Positions 9,094 through 18,771 of a stretch of 64,000 nt of DNA are shown here, piece after piece. The DNA lies in NCBI GenBank assembly GCA_015232335.1, contig JADFZV010000014.1, forward strand, positions 253-64,252, written 5' to 3'. The notes below the pieces were generated by a model. That model saw nothing but the letters and a program-made list of their open reading frames with translations. It was not told the origin of the DNA and searched no databases. Each line of letters begins with the position of its first letter. Within the stretch, counting starts at the first letter, position 1. The stretch comes from Alphaproteobacteria bacterium. Its GTDB lineage: Bacteria > Pseudomonadota > Alphaproteobacteria > Rhodospirillales > WMHbin7. The translations under genes and the position numbers were made by a program.

Positions 9094-10958
9094 GCATCAC
9101 CCCTGCACCACAAGCACCTGCCGCGAGTTCTGGTGTTTCCGTTTTTTCTTTGCTTCGTCAATATTCCAAGCCGTATTGGAAGAGCATCGCTTTAACGATA
9201 GTTCTCAGCTTGCTGGGAACAACTCTGGCCTCGCTAATGCCCCTCGTTATGGCACCCATTCTTGATATTGCTATGGGCAGAAAACCGCTATTTTCCCAAG
9301 GTGCGGGCGGGGTTACATGGCTTGATTTTGACCTGAACAACGCTGGTCAGATCATCATGTCCTATATGAACGCGTCAGAGAGCAACTCATTTCACCTGAT
9401 TGTTCTACTAAGTGCACTCTTTTTTGCCGCATCGCTTGTGTCAAATTTCTTGATATTTCTCTCACAGTTTACGGGTAGAAGCATTCAGGCGAGAACGGCG
9501 CGCGATCTTCAAAACCATCTCTTTTCGCATATTCTTAGCTTGCCGATGTCCTTTTTCTACGCCAGACGGTCGGGCGAGTTGATTTCATGTTTAGAGCGCG
9601 ATACTGGCGCCACGACATCCGGCATGGATAAAATTTCTCGCTATCTTATCACAGCCCCCTTGCAGATTGCCTTTTATGCTTATTTGCTGGTGAAGACGAA
9701 TGTATCTCTCGCACTCGTTGCTCTTCTTTCATCCGTAGCTCACTACGCCATTACCAAATCACTCAGTGGCCGCGTGAAGCGTTCTGTTCGAGACCAATAC
9801 TCTATTTACGCCGATCAGTCAGTACGCCTTCAGGAGGCCATTCTCGGCATTCGGCTGGTCAAATCCTATGCTGCAGAGAATTTTGAAATTCGCAAGTTCC
9901 GCGAGCTATCTTCGAGGCTAGTTTTTTCAACGCTTCGTCAATTTGTATATGAAAACATTCAAGACCCTCTTCGTGCGCTTACAAACCAGTTTGTCTTGTT
10001 GTTTATTCTCGTTTTTTCAGCGTACGAAATGCTGAATGGCCGAATGGAACCAACTGGCTTTTTGCTGTTCATTTACATTGGACAGCGACTTGTCGGGTCT
10101 ATCAAGCTTTTGGGTGATACACTTGCTACGATGCAAGTGACGGCGGCAACGGCGGAAAGGCTTGTCGAGCTTTTGAGGTTACGTCCACGCCTGAAGGGCG
10201 GGCATCAGACGATTGACAGTTTTCAGACATCAATCAAGCTTGAGAATGTCTCCTTTTCCTATCAGGACACAGATGTCCTCACTGATATAAGTCTTGAGAT
10301 CAGGCGCGGTGAAATGCTGGCAATCGTTGGCCCCAGCGGAGCTGGCAAGTCGACTTTTGTCGATCTTATCTTGCGCTTGCATGATCCCCAGCAGGGCTGC
10401 ATCAGCATCGACGGCACGGATATTCGAAGCTTCCGTTTGGAATCCTTACGAAGGTTGTTTGGCGTCGTTTCTCAGGAGACAACTCTCTTCAACACCTCAG
10501 TATTCGATAACATTGCATATGGCAGAGATGGCTTGACAGAGGCCGAAGTCCACAAGGCGATGGAAATGGCCAACGCCGTTGATTTCATTGCTTCGCTCCC
10601 TCAAGGCCTTCAGACATTGATCGGAGATCGCGGCGTTCGGCTTTCCGGTGGACAAAGACAGCGGCTAGCCATAGCGCGCGCTGTTGCAGCATCTCCTCAG
10701 ATTCTTGTCATGGACGAAGCGACAAGTGCACTCGACAGCGAGTCTGAAAATCTGGTTCAAGAGGCCATTGACCGCGTTATTAAGGATTCGACGGCTATTG
10801 TCATTGCCCACCGACTGTCCACTGTCATGCATGCCACCAGGATTGTTGTGCTTGATCAGGGACGCATTGTTGATATTGGTACGCACGAGGCACTTCTTGG
10901 TCGCTGTGCGCTTTATGCCCGATTATGTTCGCACCAGTTTGTCGACCCCACGCCTTAG
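9090..10958 (+). CDS. ABC exporter, fused TMD-NBD (MsbA/PglK-like)
   Basis: Hydrophobic N-terminal TMD; Walker A GPSGAGKST, Q-loop VVSQE, signature LSGGQRQR, Walker B ILVMDEATSALD, IAHRLST. Confidence 0.92.
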   Translation: MSITPAPQAPAASSGVSVFSLLRQYSKPYWKSIALTIVLSLLGTTLASLMPLVMAPILDIAMGRKPLFSQGAGGVTWLDFDLNNAGQIIMSYMNASESNSFHLIVLLSALFFAASLVSNFLIFLSQFTGRSIQARTARDLQNHLFSHILSLPMSFFYARRSGELISCLERDTGATTSGMDKISRYLITAPLQIAFYAYLLVKTNVSLALVALLSSVAHYAITKSLSGRVKRSVRDQYSIYADQSVRLQEAILGIRLVKSYAAENFEIRKFRELSSRLVFSTLRQFVYENIQDPLRALTNQFVLLFILVFSAYEMLNGRMEPTGFLLFIYIGQRLVGSIKLLGDTLATMQVTAATAERLVELLRLRPRLKGGHQTIDSFQTSIKLENVSFSYQDTDVLTDISLEIRRGEMLAIVGPSGAGKSTFVDLILRLHDPQQGCISIDGTDIRSFRLESLRRLFGVVSQETTLFNTSVFDNIAYGRDGLTEAEVHKAMEMANAVDFIASLPQGLQTLIGDRGVRLSGGQRQRLAIARAVAASPQILVMDEATSALDSESENLVQEAIDRVIKDSTAIVIAHRLSTVMHATRIVVLDQGRIVDIGTHEALLGRCALYARLCSHQFVDPTP

Positions 10959-10964
10959 CTTGAC

Positions 10965-11975
10965 ATGTGCCCAAGACCCCTCCTTAGCGTTGTCATGGCT
11001 GTCCGCAATGGCGCTAAGTTCCTGCAGGAGACATTGGACAGCCTTAAGACTCAGAGCTTCAAGGATTTTGAGCTGATTGTTGTTGACGACGCTTCCACCG
11101 ACGGGTCGTCTGCTATTCTTGCGGCCTGCGAGGGGCTTGAGATACGTCTGCTGAAGAACGATTCCTCCAGAGGACTTGCCTATTCGCTGAACAGGGGAAT
11201 CGACGAATCGAAAGGCGTTTTTATCGCCCGCCAGGACGCTGATGATCTTGCTCTCCCGGATAGATTTGCAAATCAACTAGCCACATTGAAGGCCAACTCA
11301 CGCCTCGTTTTGCTGGGATCTGCCTACGATGTGATTGATGTTCAGTCGAAAGTCGTCGAATCGCAACGTCAGCCTCTTGATGATCGCTCCATCCGCTGGC
11401 AAATGTTGTTTCACAATGCTTTCTGTCATAGTACGGTGATGTTCCCCCGCAAGGCCATTGACCAACCTCTTTTGCGCTATGATGAGGCAAAGCCCTTTGC
11501 CCAGGATTACGGCTTATGGTCACAGCTGATAAAACGTGGCGAGGTCGCTAATCTTAGAAAGCCTTTGCTGGCTCTTCGCCTTCACGATTCCAGCATGTCG
11601 GCTACGGGCAAGCTCAACCAGCAAACCATTGCGGATAAGATTGCTGCCGAGAATATGTCGGCGCTCTTGGGATACAGCCCCCCGGCTTTGCACGTTCACC
11701 TGCTGCGGTCCTGGTATTATGGACTGCCTGAATCATTAGGAACAGACGGCCAGGCAGCCCTTATGCTTGCTTTAGAGCTCTTGCGCGCCTTCGGCCATTG
11801 CGGTCAAGAGGACTTATGGGCAGAGCGCATTCTTTGTCATTCAGATACGCACTATTGGCCCTTTGCTAAGGCCTTGATTACGCTTGCGCCCTCTGCCTTC
11901 GTCAAGTCAAGTTTCAAGCGTTTATTGCGACATTCAACTGCCAGGCCTGATCGCGTCAGATCTTTTGAACCATGA
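10965..11975 (+). CDS. Glycosyltransferase family 2
   Basis: LSVVMAVRNG, FELIVVDDASTDGS, GLAYSLNRGI, FIARQDADD, QDYGLW. Confidence 0.9.
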   Translation: MCPRPLLSVVMAVRNGAKFLQETLDSLKTQSFKDFELIVVDDASTDGSSAILAACEGLEIRLLKNDSSRGLAYSLNRGIDESKGVFIARQDADDLALPDRFANQLATLKANSRLVLLGSAYDVIDVQSKVVESQRQPLDDRSIRWQMLFHNAFCHSTVMFPRKAIDQPLLRYDEAKPFAQDYGLWSQLIKRGEVANLRKPLLALRLHDSSMSATGKLNQQTIADKIAAENMSALLGYSPPALHVHLLRSWYYGLPESLGTDGQAALMLALELLRAFGHCGQEDLWAERILCHSDTHYWPFAKALITLAPSAFVKSSFKRLLRHSTARPDRVRSFEP

Positions 11976-13156
11976 CTGATCCGAAAAAGCGCGTTGCCGT
12001 TGTTGCGCCAAGCTTTCCACCTTCAAAGGCCGGTGGTGTGGCTTCCTCGCATGAACGGCTTGCTTCACTATTGGAGAAGAGTGGCTGCCAAGTGCGCCGT
12101 TTTGCCTTTCTTGACGGACATCTTTCAAGTGATGCTGTCTTTAGGGCATGTGCGTCAGATAGGTGGAAGCGCACGATTGACACGCTGAGCACCCTTTTTT
12201 TCCGACTGGCTGACCCCTCCGGGCGCGCCTATCAGACTTCCGATATTCTCAAATCCTTGCCCGGGGCAAGGCGGCTGAAGCGCGGGATTTTGGATTTCGC
12301 ACCGCATGAAATTATTCTGCCTGATCACGGATGTCCTGGGCTCGGCCTTGGCGCCTTTCCTTCATCTTCCAGAGTCACGCTAGTCGCACACCATAACCCG
12401 ATGCGCTTTGTAAACTGTCCTGGCTTGAATTCGCACTCTCCTTTGGATGCAAAAATTGCCGTTGCGCTTGAGAATTTCTCTCTTTCTAATATTCATCGCG
12501 TCATAGCGCCCTGCCACTATATGGCTGCCGAATTTAGGCAGACGTATAGATTTTCTGGTGACCTTGCCATTATTCCCAATTTAATCGACATTGCCGAGCT
12601 TGATGCGATATCACCGCTTGATCCACGTCGGGAAATGGGGCTCGCACCACAGGCCCCCTTGATTTATATTCCCTCTGCTGGCAGCAGAATAAAGGGCTCG
12701 GCTATGCTGCCAGAGCTGATAAGGCGAATCGCAGACTTATATCAAGATCCCTTTGGCTTATATCTTTCTGGGTCAGTTTCAGAGCAATTGGTCCATCAAC
12801 TGCCCAACCACATTCCTGTCTTCACTCCCGGCCATTTACCCGTGGATACGAATCTTGCTTACGTAAAATCATGCTCTTTTGCCTTATCTCCCACGCTTGT
12901 GGAAAATTTTAGCATGGCGCTACTTGAAGTACAGATGATGGGGCTAGCTGTCGTAACCTTCGATATTGGTGGTAATCGGGAGTTGGTTTCAGTTGGACAG
13001 ACAGGCTTTATCGTTGCACCTTTTGATGTCGTGTCCATGGCCGGAAAGGCTTCAGAACTCTTGTTAAATCAGACACTCTTTCCAACACCTATGCTTAAAT
13101 CACTCTGTCGGGCGCGCTTTGATCCCGACCGTTGGCTTCCACTGTGGGTAAACTAG
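11972..13156 (+). CDS. Glycosyltransferase family 4 (GT-B)
   Basis: VAVVAPSFPP..AGGVAS, IAPCHYMA, IKGSAML, ENFSMALLEVQMMGLAVVTFDIGGNRELV. Confidence 0.8.
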   Translation: MTDPKKRVAVVAPSFPPSKAGGVASSHERLASLLEKSGCQVRRFAFLDGHLSSDAVFRACASDRWKRTIDTLSTLFFRLADPSGRAYQTSDILKSLPGARRLKRGILDFAPHEIILPDHGCPGLGLGAFPSSSRVTLVAHHNPMRFVNCPGLNSHSPLDAKIAVALENFSLSNIHRVIAPCHYMAAEFRQTYRFSGDLAIIPNLIDIAELDAISPLDPRREMGLAPQAPLIYIPSAGSRIKGSAMLPELIRRIADLYQDPFGLYLSGSVSEQLVHQLPNHIPVFTPGHLPVDTNLAYVKSCSFALSPTLVENFSMALLEVQMMGLAVVTFDIGGNRELVSVGQTGFIVAPFDVVSMAGKASELLLNQTLFPTPMLKSLCRARFDPDRWLPLWVN

Positions 13157-13158
13157 AT

Positions 13159-13932
13159 ATGTTAAAGCCTTTGATACATCGCCTTTTGCGTAAGTTTGGC
13201 TATGAGTTGACTCCAAGGCAGGGACGCAGCTCCCTTTACGGTGTTCTAGTAAACGCTAAAAGGAATGGATTTGCCCCAGCCGGAGTTATTGATGTCGGAG
13301 CTGGCCGGGGAGATTTCACGCGACTATCCCATGACTTGTTTTCGCAGGCGAGGTATCTGATGATAGAGCCTTTGGACGAGTTTGATTCTAAGCTTTCAGA
13401 CGTATCCAGGGCAATTCCAAATGCACTTCGAGTCAAGGCCGTAGCTGCAAGTGCTAGCGGCTCTCGAATGTTCAATATTCACCCTGATCTTTTTGGATCA
13501 TCTCTTCTTTTCGAGGATGAAGCGACGAATGTCAACGGAACCCCCCGCGAGGTTCTTGCGCAAAGGCTTGAGGGGCTCGTTGGCGATGCAGGCCTTCCTG
13601 CCCCATTTCTTCTTAAGATCGACGTTCAAGGTGCAGAGATCGAGGTTCTTTCTGGCGCTGAGGCAATTTTGGATCAGTGTTCTATGATCATTCTGGAGAC
13701 CTCGCTTTTTAAATTTTTCGATGGTGGCCCCCTATTGCATGAAGTCATAGCCTGGATGGAAGCGCGAGATTTCCTACCTTATGACATTTTTGGGCTGGCT
13801 CATCGACCTCTTGATGGCGCCCTTGCGCAGGCTGACATTGTTTTCGTCCCATTGCACAGCGACCTGCGTCGGCATCACCATTACGCAACCGCCTCACAGC
13901 GAGCCAACCTGACAGAGAGGTTGCGCTCTTGA
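13159..13932 (+). CDS. FkbM family O-methyltransferase
   Basis: VIDVGAGRG, LMIEPL, LLKIDVQGAEIEVLSGA, QADIVF. Confidence 0.88.
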   Translation: MLKPLIHRLLRKFGYELTPRQGRSSLYGVLVNAKRNGFAPAGVIDVGAGRGDFTRLSHDLFSQARYLMIEPLDEFDSKLSDVSRAIPNALRVKAVAASASGSRMFNIHPDLFGSSLLFEDEATNVNGTPREVLAQRLEGLVGDAGLPAPFLLKIDVQGAEIEVLSGAEAILDQCSMIILETSLFKFFDGGPLLHEVIAWMEARDFLPYDIFGLAHRPLDGALAQADIVFVPLHSDLRRHHHYATASQRANLTERLRS

Positions 13933-14756
13933 TTTCAATTTCACTCGTCACGCCCAGCTACAACAAGGCGCCCTTTCTTGAAGCGGCCCTGCGCTCTGTT
14001 TTGGACCAGAATTATCCCAACCTCGAGTATGTTGTTGTTGATGGCGGCTCACAGGATGGATCCATCAATATTCTTGAGCGCTACCGCGCAAGGTTGAGCC
14101 ATCTAGTCATTGAGCCGGATGGCGGAATGTATGATGCCTTGGCCAAGGGCTTTGCTCAAACTCGTGGCGACGTAATGGGGTATTTAGGGGCTGACGATCT
14201 TCATATGCCCTGGACGCTTTCCGTCATTGGAGAGATTTTTGATTCCTTTCCAAAGATTGATTGGATAACCACAATGTATCCCCTCACGGTCGATAAATTC
14301 GGTCGAGTGATAAGGGCCAGATGCCTGCCCCCTCCATCTAGCAGGTCGTTTTGGCGGGGGGCCAACCTGCCTGGCTTTTCTTGGTGGTCGAATGGATGGC
14401 TTCAACAAGAATCAACATTCTGGCGTCGCAGAGTATGGGAACGATCAGGCGGGTTTGATACATCCTTGCGCTGGGCAGGCGACTTTGATTTGTGGTGTCG
14501 CTTTATGAAGTTGTCTGACCCGGTATCTGTCGCCGCCCCCTTGGCTGCATTCCGCCGACATGGGGAGCAAATCAGCGCAACCCAGGCTGAGGGCTATAAG
14601 CACGAAGCCCTTTTGACATTCAAGCGCCATGGCGGCATGGAGGGAGGGCGCATCGTCTCACGAATGAGGGAGATGAAACGAAGGGTGGGCCTGAAGCAGG
14701 GCGGCTCTGCACTGCATTATGATTCTATTTCAGAATCCTGGCATTTTTCTTTTTGA
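13929..14756 (+). CDS. Glycosyltransferase family 2 (WcaE-like)
   Basis: ISLVTPSYN, YVVVDGGSQDGS, EPDGGMYDALAKG, YLGADD, QESTFWRR, AGDFDLW. Confidence 0.9.
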   Translation: MISISLVTPSYNKAPFLEAALRSVLDQNYPNLEYVVVDGGSQDGSINILERYRARLSHLVIEPDGGMYDALAKGFAQTRGDVMGYLGADDLHMPWTLSVIGEIFDSFPKIDWITTMYPLTVDKFGRVIRARCLPPPSSRSFWRGANLPGFSWWSNGWLQQESTFWRRRVWERSGGFDTSLRWAGDFDLWCRFMKLSDPVSVAAPLAAFRRHGEQISATQAEGYKHEALLTFKRHGGMEGGRIVSRMREMKRRVGLKQGGSALHYDSISESWHFSF

Positions 14757-14763
14757 GATTAAG

Positions 14764-16008
14764 TTGAAGCCCTGGTTGACAAACACCCTGCTGGTTTTTA
14801 CGGCGACCCTGGTTTCACTTGTCGCTTTCGAAGCGGTCCTTAGGCTTTCAGGCTCACAGTGGGAGCGCGAGCGATCTCTGTTTGCTGAACCACCGCCGCG
14901 CCCGCGCTATACCCAGCTTCCTGATGGCCTTTATCAACTTTCCCCAACCCAGCGCCTGCTGAATTCCGGGATCTGTTTTGAATCCATTTCTGTCGCCACC
15001 AATGCTGTGGGATTTCGAGGCCTGAAGGACTGGCCTGCCGAAGGAGGACTCCTGCTGCTGGGCGATTCGTTTATTGAAGCCCTTCAGGTGCCTGATGGAT
15101 TGACAGTTGCGGATGTCCTTGAGCGTCAAACGGGAAGGCCTGTCCTTAATGCAGGCGTTAGCGGCTTTGGAACAGTTGCCGAGCTGCGTCTTTGGAGGGC
15201 CGCCCTGCAGATCAGACGTCCGGAGGCGGTTATCCTCTTTTTTTACCTGGGCAATGACGTTGCTGACAACTCCTGTGCCCTGACTAGCAGCCGAGCACCC
15301 TGCTCCAATGAGAGCAAACCGCCTGTGAATGTTTCCCCTTCTTCTCGCCTCCCAAGCAATGAAACTGTGGGCAATTCTGGCGGCGGTTGGTGGCCCTATT
15401 TGCGACGTCATTTGGCTCTATATTCATTTATGCATGATGCCCGAATGATTTTTGAAGGCTTTGTTTCTGCCAAGACACCCATACGCTGGAATCTCTATGC
15501 AAACCCTTTAGACCCACAGTGGGAGAGCGCCTGGGCTGAGACGGAAATAGCTCTTGATCTTTTAAGCAACGAGATCGGAGCAACTGGATCAAAACTTTTT
15601 CTTGTTGCCATCCCCGAGCATTTGGCGGTGGCTGACAATCCAGAAAGAATGCTTCGATTTTCTTCGGGAGCCAAGCCCCCTATCGGCTTTGATCCGGAAA
15701 GCCCATCTCGCCGTCTTATGGATATTGCGGCGCGATTGAACATCCCCGCCCTCGATCTTTTGCCGATCTTCAAGGCCTACCGTCAACGCCACAATCTGCC
15801 ATCTCCATATTTCTCCTATTCGTGCGATGGTCACTGGAACCCCCTTGGCCACCATCTCGCAGCAACCGCTGTCTCAGATTTTCTTGGATATGGAAGCAGG
15901 CTATCCCAGGTGATGGCTTCTCCCTCTCGCCAGATTCTGGGAGAAGCCGCCTTTCAGGAAATTTATGTAGGCGGCATATACAGGCCTACTATAAGGGCAG
16001 CTGAATGA
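14764..16008 (+). CDS. Membrane-anchored SGNH/GDSL-fold protein (acyltransferase or esterase) #1
   Basis: N-terminal TM helix; LLLGDSFIEA (block I Ser), VLNAGVSGFGT, GNDVADN, DGHWNPLGH (DxH). TTG 14764 preferred because the track start at 14719 overlaps the upstream gene. Confidence 0.78.
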   Translation: MKPWLTNTLLVFTATLVSLVAFEAVLRLSGSQWERERSLFAEPPPRPRYTQLPDGLYQLSPTQRLLNSGICFESISVATNAVGFRGLKDWPAEGGLLLLGDSFIEALQVPDGLTVADVLERQTGRPVLNAGVSGFGTVAELRLWRAALQIRRPEAVILFFYLGNDVADNSCALTSSRAPCSNESKPPVNVSPSSRLPSNETVGNSGGGWWPYLRRHLALYSFMHDARMIFEGFVSAKTPIRWNLYANPLDPQWESAWAETEIALDLLSNEIGATGSKLFLVAIPEHLAVADNPERMLRFSSGAKPPIGFDPESPSRRLMDIAARLNIPALDLLPIFKAYRQRHNLPSPYFSYSCDGHWNPLGHHLAATAVSDFLGYGSRLSQVMASPSRQILGEAAFQEIYVGGIYRPTIRAAE

Positions 16009-16996
16009 GTGCTGCGGCAAGTGGGCTGCGCCAGGGTTGCCAGTCGCCAGGTGTCGAGACCGTGTCGTCGATTAGGTTCAAATAAGCGCCGACCATTCGC
16101 GTTGATGTATGTGGGTAGTGCCTTAGGGCTTCACGATGACGCGCATACCCTGCCATCAAGCGAACCAGGGCCTCGCCGACATCTTCAGGCCCTGAATAGA
16201 TTTCGCCATACGAATCACAATATTCCGGCAAAGCGCCGCTATTACGAAACAGCAGTGGCAAGCCGCATAAAGCGCCTTCAATATGGTGCATGCCAGCAGG
16301 TTCGTTCACCGAAGCCGTCACATAGGCGTGATGACGCTTCAATTCGTCAGCCAGAGCAGACCCATTCAGCGGCGGAACATGAGTTGCATTCCGGAAGGCA
16401 AAGCCCTGCGGCAGATTTCCGACATAGGTCAAGGCGAAGCGTCCTCTTAATGGCCCCTCGGCCATCATTTGATCCAGCTTCTGATAGACGTCCATCCCCT
16501 TCATGGCATGTCCACCCCAATGATGTGTCACCAGGCGCAAGACCTCGTCACCCGACCAGGGAATATGCCCATTCCCATTGAAAATTTGCTCGTCAGCTCC
16601 GTTCAGAATGACGCTTGAGGTTGACTCTCTGCGCCAGATATCCAGCTCTGTCAGCCACGACCCAATGAATACCGTGTGATCAGCGAGATAGTTGGCCAAT
16701 CTCAGACGGGCATTCATTCCGAACGTGCCTTTGCGCTCGTCACACTCGTTAATTCGATGCAGAACCTTAACCTTCGGGTGGGAAAGACGGTGTCGAAAAA
16801 TCTGTCCAAGCGTGAAGGGAACTGCGGGGTTACGGGCCCTGGGATCTATAAGCAAGATCAGGTCGATATCATCGTGCTTAAGATCGAATACGACGTGGTC
16901 CCCTCTCGCCAACAAAGCATCCGCCAGTGCAGAAGCAAAGCGATTTCCACCGCCCCAGGGCCCTTTTTGAATTCGATGCCCTAAAGCGATTTTCAT
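15989..16996 (-). CDS. GT-B glycosyltransferase (GT4-like); paralog of 38869..39882
   Basis: GPWGGGNRFA, HRINECDERK, VILNGAD, HWGGHAMKG, EPAGMHHIEGALCGLP; ATG 16996 overlaps the upstream stop (ATGA). Confidence 0.78.
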   Translation of the reverse strand: MKIALGHRIQKGPWGGGNRFASALADALLARGDHVVFDLKHDDIDLILLIDPRARNPAVPFTLGQIFRHRLSHPKVKVLHRINECDERKGTFGMNARLRLANYLADHTVFIGSWLTELDIWRRESTSSVILNGADEQIFNGNGHIPWSGDEVLRLVTHHWGGHAMKGMDVYQKLDQMMAEGPLRGRFALTYVGNLPQGFAFRNATHVPPLNGSALADELKRHHAYVTASVNEPAGMHHIEGALCGLPLLFRNSGALPEYCDSYGEIYSGPEDVGEALVRLMAGYARHREALRHYPHTSTRMVGAYLNLIDDTVSTPGDWQPWRSPLAAALIQLPL

Positions 16997-17757
16997 GTCG
17001 AGGCTTCGCAACTAGCCCAGATTTCACCCCACAGGGTCAGGCGTTCGGTAACCCGTAGCCCGGCCTGTGCCATTTCTTCTTCAAATTCGCTGAGCGTATG
17101 TTCGATATAGTGCGTAGGGTCAGATCTGAAATCGATCTTCAGCTCACGACGCAGGGGCATGTGCCAGCTGCGCTCGAACATTGGAACCCTGACCAGGATT
17201 TTTCTCGGTCTCGCCTGCCTTATGATCGACTTGAGGAAGGAAACACGCTCGGCAATGTGCTCCAGAACATTAGAGAGGATAATCACGTCCCAAGGGCCCT
17301 CGGGCAATTTATGAAGTGCGTCTTGATCCAGAAAGCTCAAATTTTCTGGAGATGGCAGAGACCGAGCTTTGGCTAAGCTTGCCGGATCGTAGTCGATGCC
17401 TACCACTTTTGCTTTCGGCCGAGCGGAGGCAATCGATCTGGCAACGGCTCCAATGCCACAGCCAATATCAAGAACCGTGGCCTCTTCGCCTATCCGTTCG
17501 ATAAAGAATTCATGATAGAGGGTCAGGCGATGCTTGGGATTTGTTCCCCCACCATATGCTGTCGCGCGCTCGGACAGCAATCGCTCGATATCGTCTTGGA
17601 CAAGAAGCAAGTGGCGAAGGGCGGCCTCAGACGACCCAATCCGCGATTCGAGAAGCAACAAGCTGCGCAGAACCCCCCGGCGCAAGACGAAGGGAACCAA
17701 GCCCAGTGGTTTGGCTAAGAAACTGACGGCGGCAAGAAGAAATCTTTTTATGGTCAT
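16993..17757 (-). CDS. Class I SAM-dependent methyltransferase; paralog of 58537..59304
   Basis: VLDIGCGIG, VVGIDY, DVIILSNVLEHI, PKHRL, RVPMFERSW, DPTH. Confidence 0.88.
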   Translation of the reverse strand: MTIKRFLLAAVSFLAKPLGLVPFVLRRGVLRSLLLLESRIGSSEAALRHLLLVQDDIERLLSERATAYGGGTNPKHRLTLYHEFFIERIGEEATVLDIGCGIGAVARSIASARPKAKVVGIDYDPASLAKARSLPSPENLSFLDQDALHKLPEGPWDVIILSNVLEHIAERVSFLKSIIRQARPRKILVRVPMFERSWHMPLRRELKIDFRSDPTHYIEHTLSEFEEEMAQAGLRVTERLTLWGEIWASCEAST

Positions 17758-17838
17758 GGATCAGGTTGACGTGGACGCGCAAAGTACTTACCAACATCCT
17801 TTTAGATGGTCGCCCTGTCAAGCGCGAGGTAAGGTTTT

Positions 17839-18753
17839 ATGATGGGAGAATCACAGATGTCATCCCTTGGGCCTCGTCTCTCTGCATTCAAGGTGGCCCT
17901 GTTTCTGCTTTTGCCGAACAATATTGTTTGGTCTTGGCTTTTGACAGCACAAGAGCGCCGAGAATTGCTTGAGGCCAATCTACATGGTAATGACGAGAGG
18001 CCGGATTTTACACCAGAGGCTTATCAGAAAGGAAACTCCTTTGATTCAGATGCAGACCGGCGCAAGCACATGGATGGCAAGTGGATTCTGAGGTTTTTGG
18101 AAACCTATAATCCCGACTCTGTGCTGGAGTGCGGGCCGGGGTCGGGATTTCATACGCGTTCCATAGTCGAATATCCCTCGGTTCGCTGGTATGCAGGATG
18201 CGAGGTTAACCGCTCCTTCGTAGAGTTTCTAAGATCCCGACTGGACGCTTTGTCGCCAGACAAACTTCTCTCTGCCCAAGTTTTTTTAGGGGACGTTAAG
18301 GAGATTGAGGTCGCACCTGTTCAGGCCGTTATTTTTTCTTCGTCCCTTCATCATATGCCTGACCGCGCCGACATTTTTAGCCAGCTTCTTTCACTTGTTC
18401 GCCAGAATGGGTACATCTGCTGCGTCGAGCCAACCCACTATCTTTCCCGCTGGCGACATCTTTGGCGCAAAGTCATCATGCGGGGCTATGTCCAGGATAA
18501 GGTTCGCGGAAAAACGCCTTTGTCAACTCACCACTTTTGCACATGGTACGAATTCAGGGGGCTTGAGCGACTTTCCCAGGGAAAACTGCGCATTATTGAG
18601 GTTGAGTATGACGGCTATCGCGGTTTGCTAGTTCCACGAATATTAGGCAAGTTGTCGCGCCTTCTCGGTTTGGGGTGGCCGTCATGGCTGAGAAATAGTT
18701 TTCCAGTTAGGCTGTTTTCATCGCGTATGATGATCGTTTTCCAGCGAATTTGA
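17839..18753 (+). CDS. Class I SAM-dependent methyltransferase
   Basis: VLECGPGSG, YAGCEVN, AVIFSSSLHHMPD, LVRQNGYICCVEP. Confidence 0.8.
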   Translation: MMGESQMSSLGPRLSAFKVALFLLLPNNIVWSWLLTAQERRELLEANLHGNDERPDFTPEAYQKGNSFDSDADRRKHMDGKWILRFLETYNPDSVLECGPGSGFHTRSIVEYPSVRWYAGCEVNRSFVEFLRSRLDALSPDKLLSAQVFLGDVKEIEVAPVQAVIFSSSLHHMPDRADIFSQLLSLVRQNGYICCVEPTHYLSRWRHLWRKVIMRGYVQDKVRGKTPLSTHHFCTWYEFRGLERLSQGKLRIIEVEYDGYRGLLVPRILGKLSRLLGLGWPSWLRNSFPVRLFSSRMMIVFQRI

Positions 18754-18771
18754 GGCCGAGTTCCCCACGTC

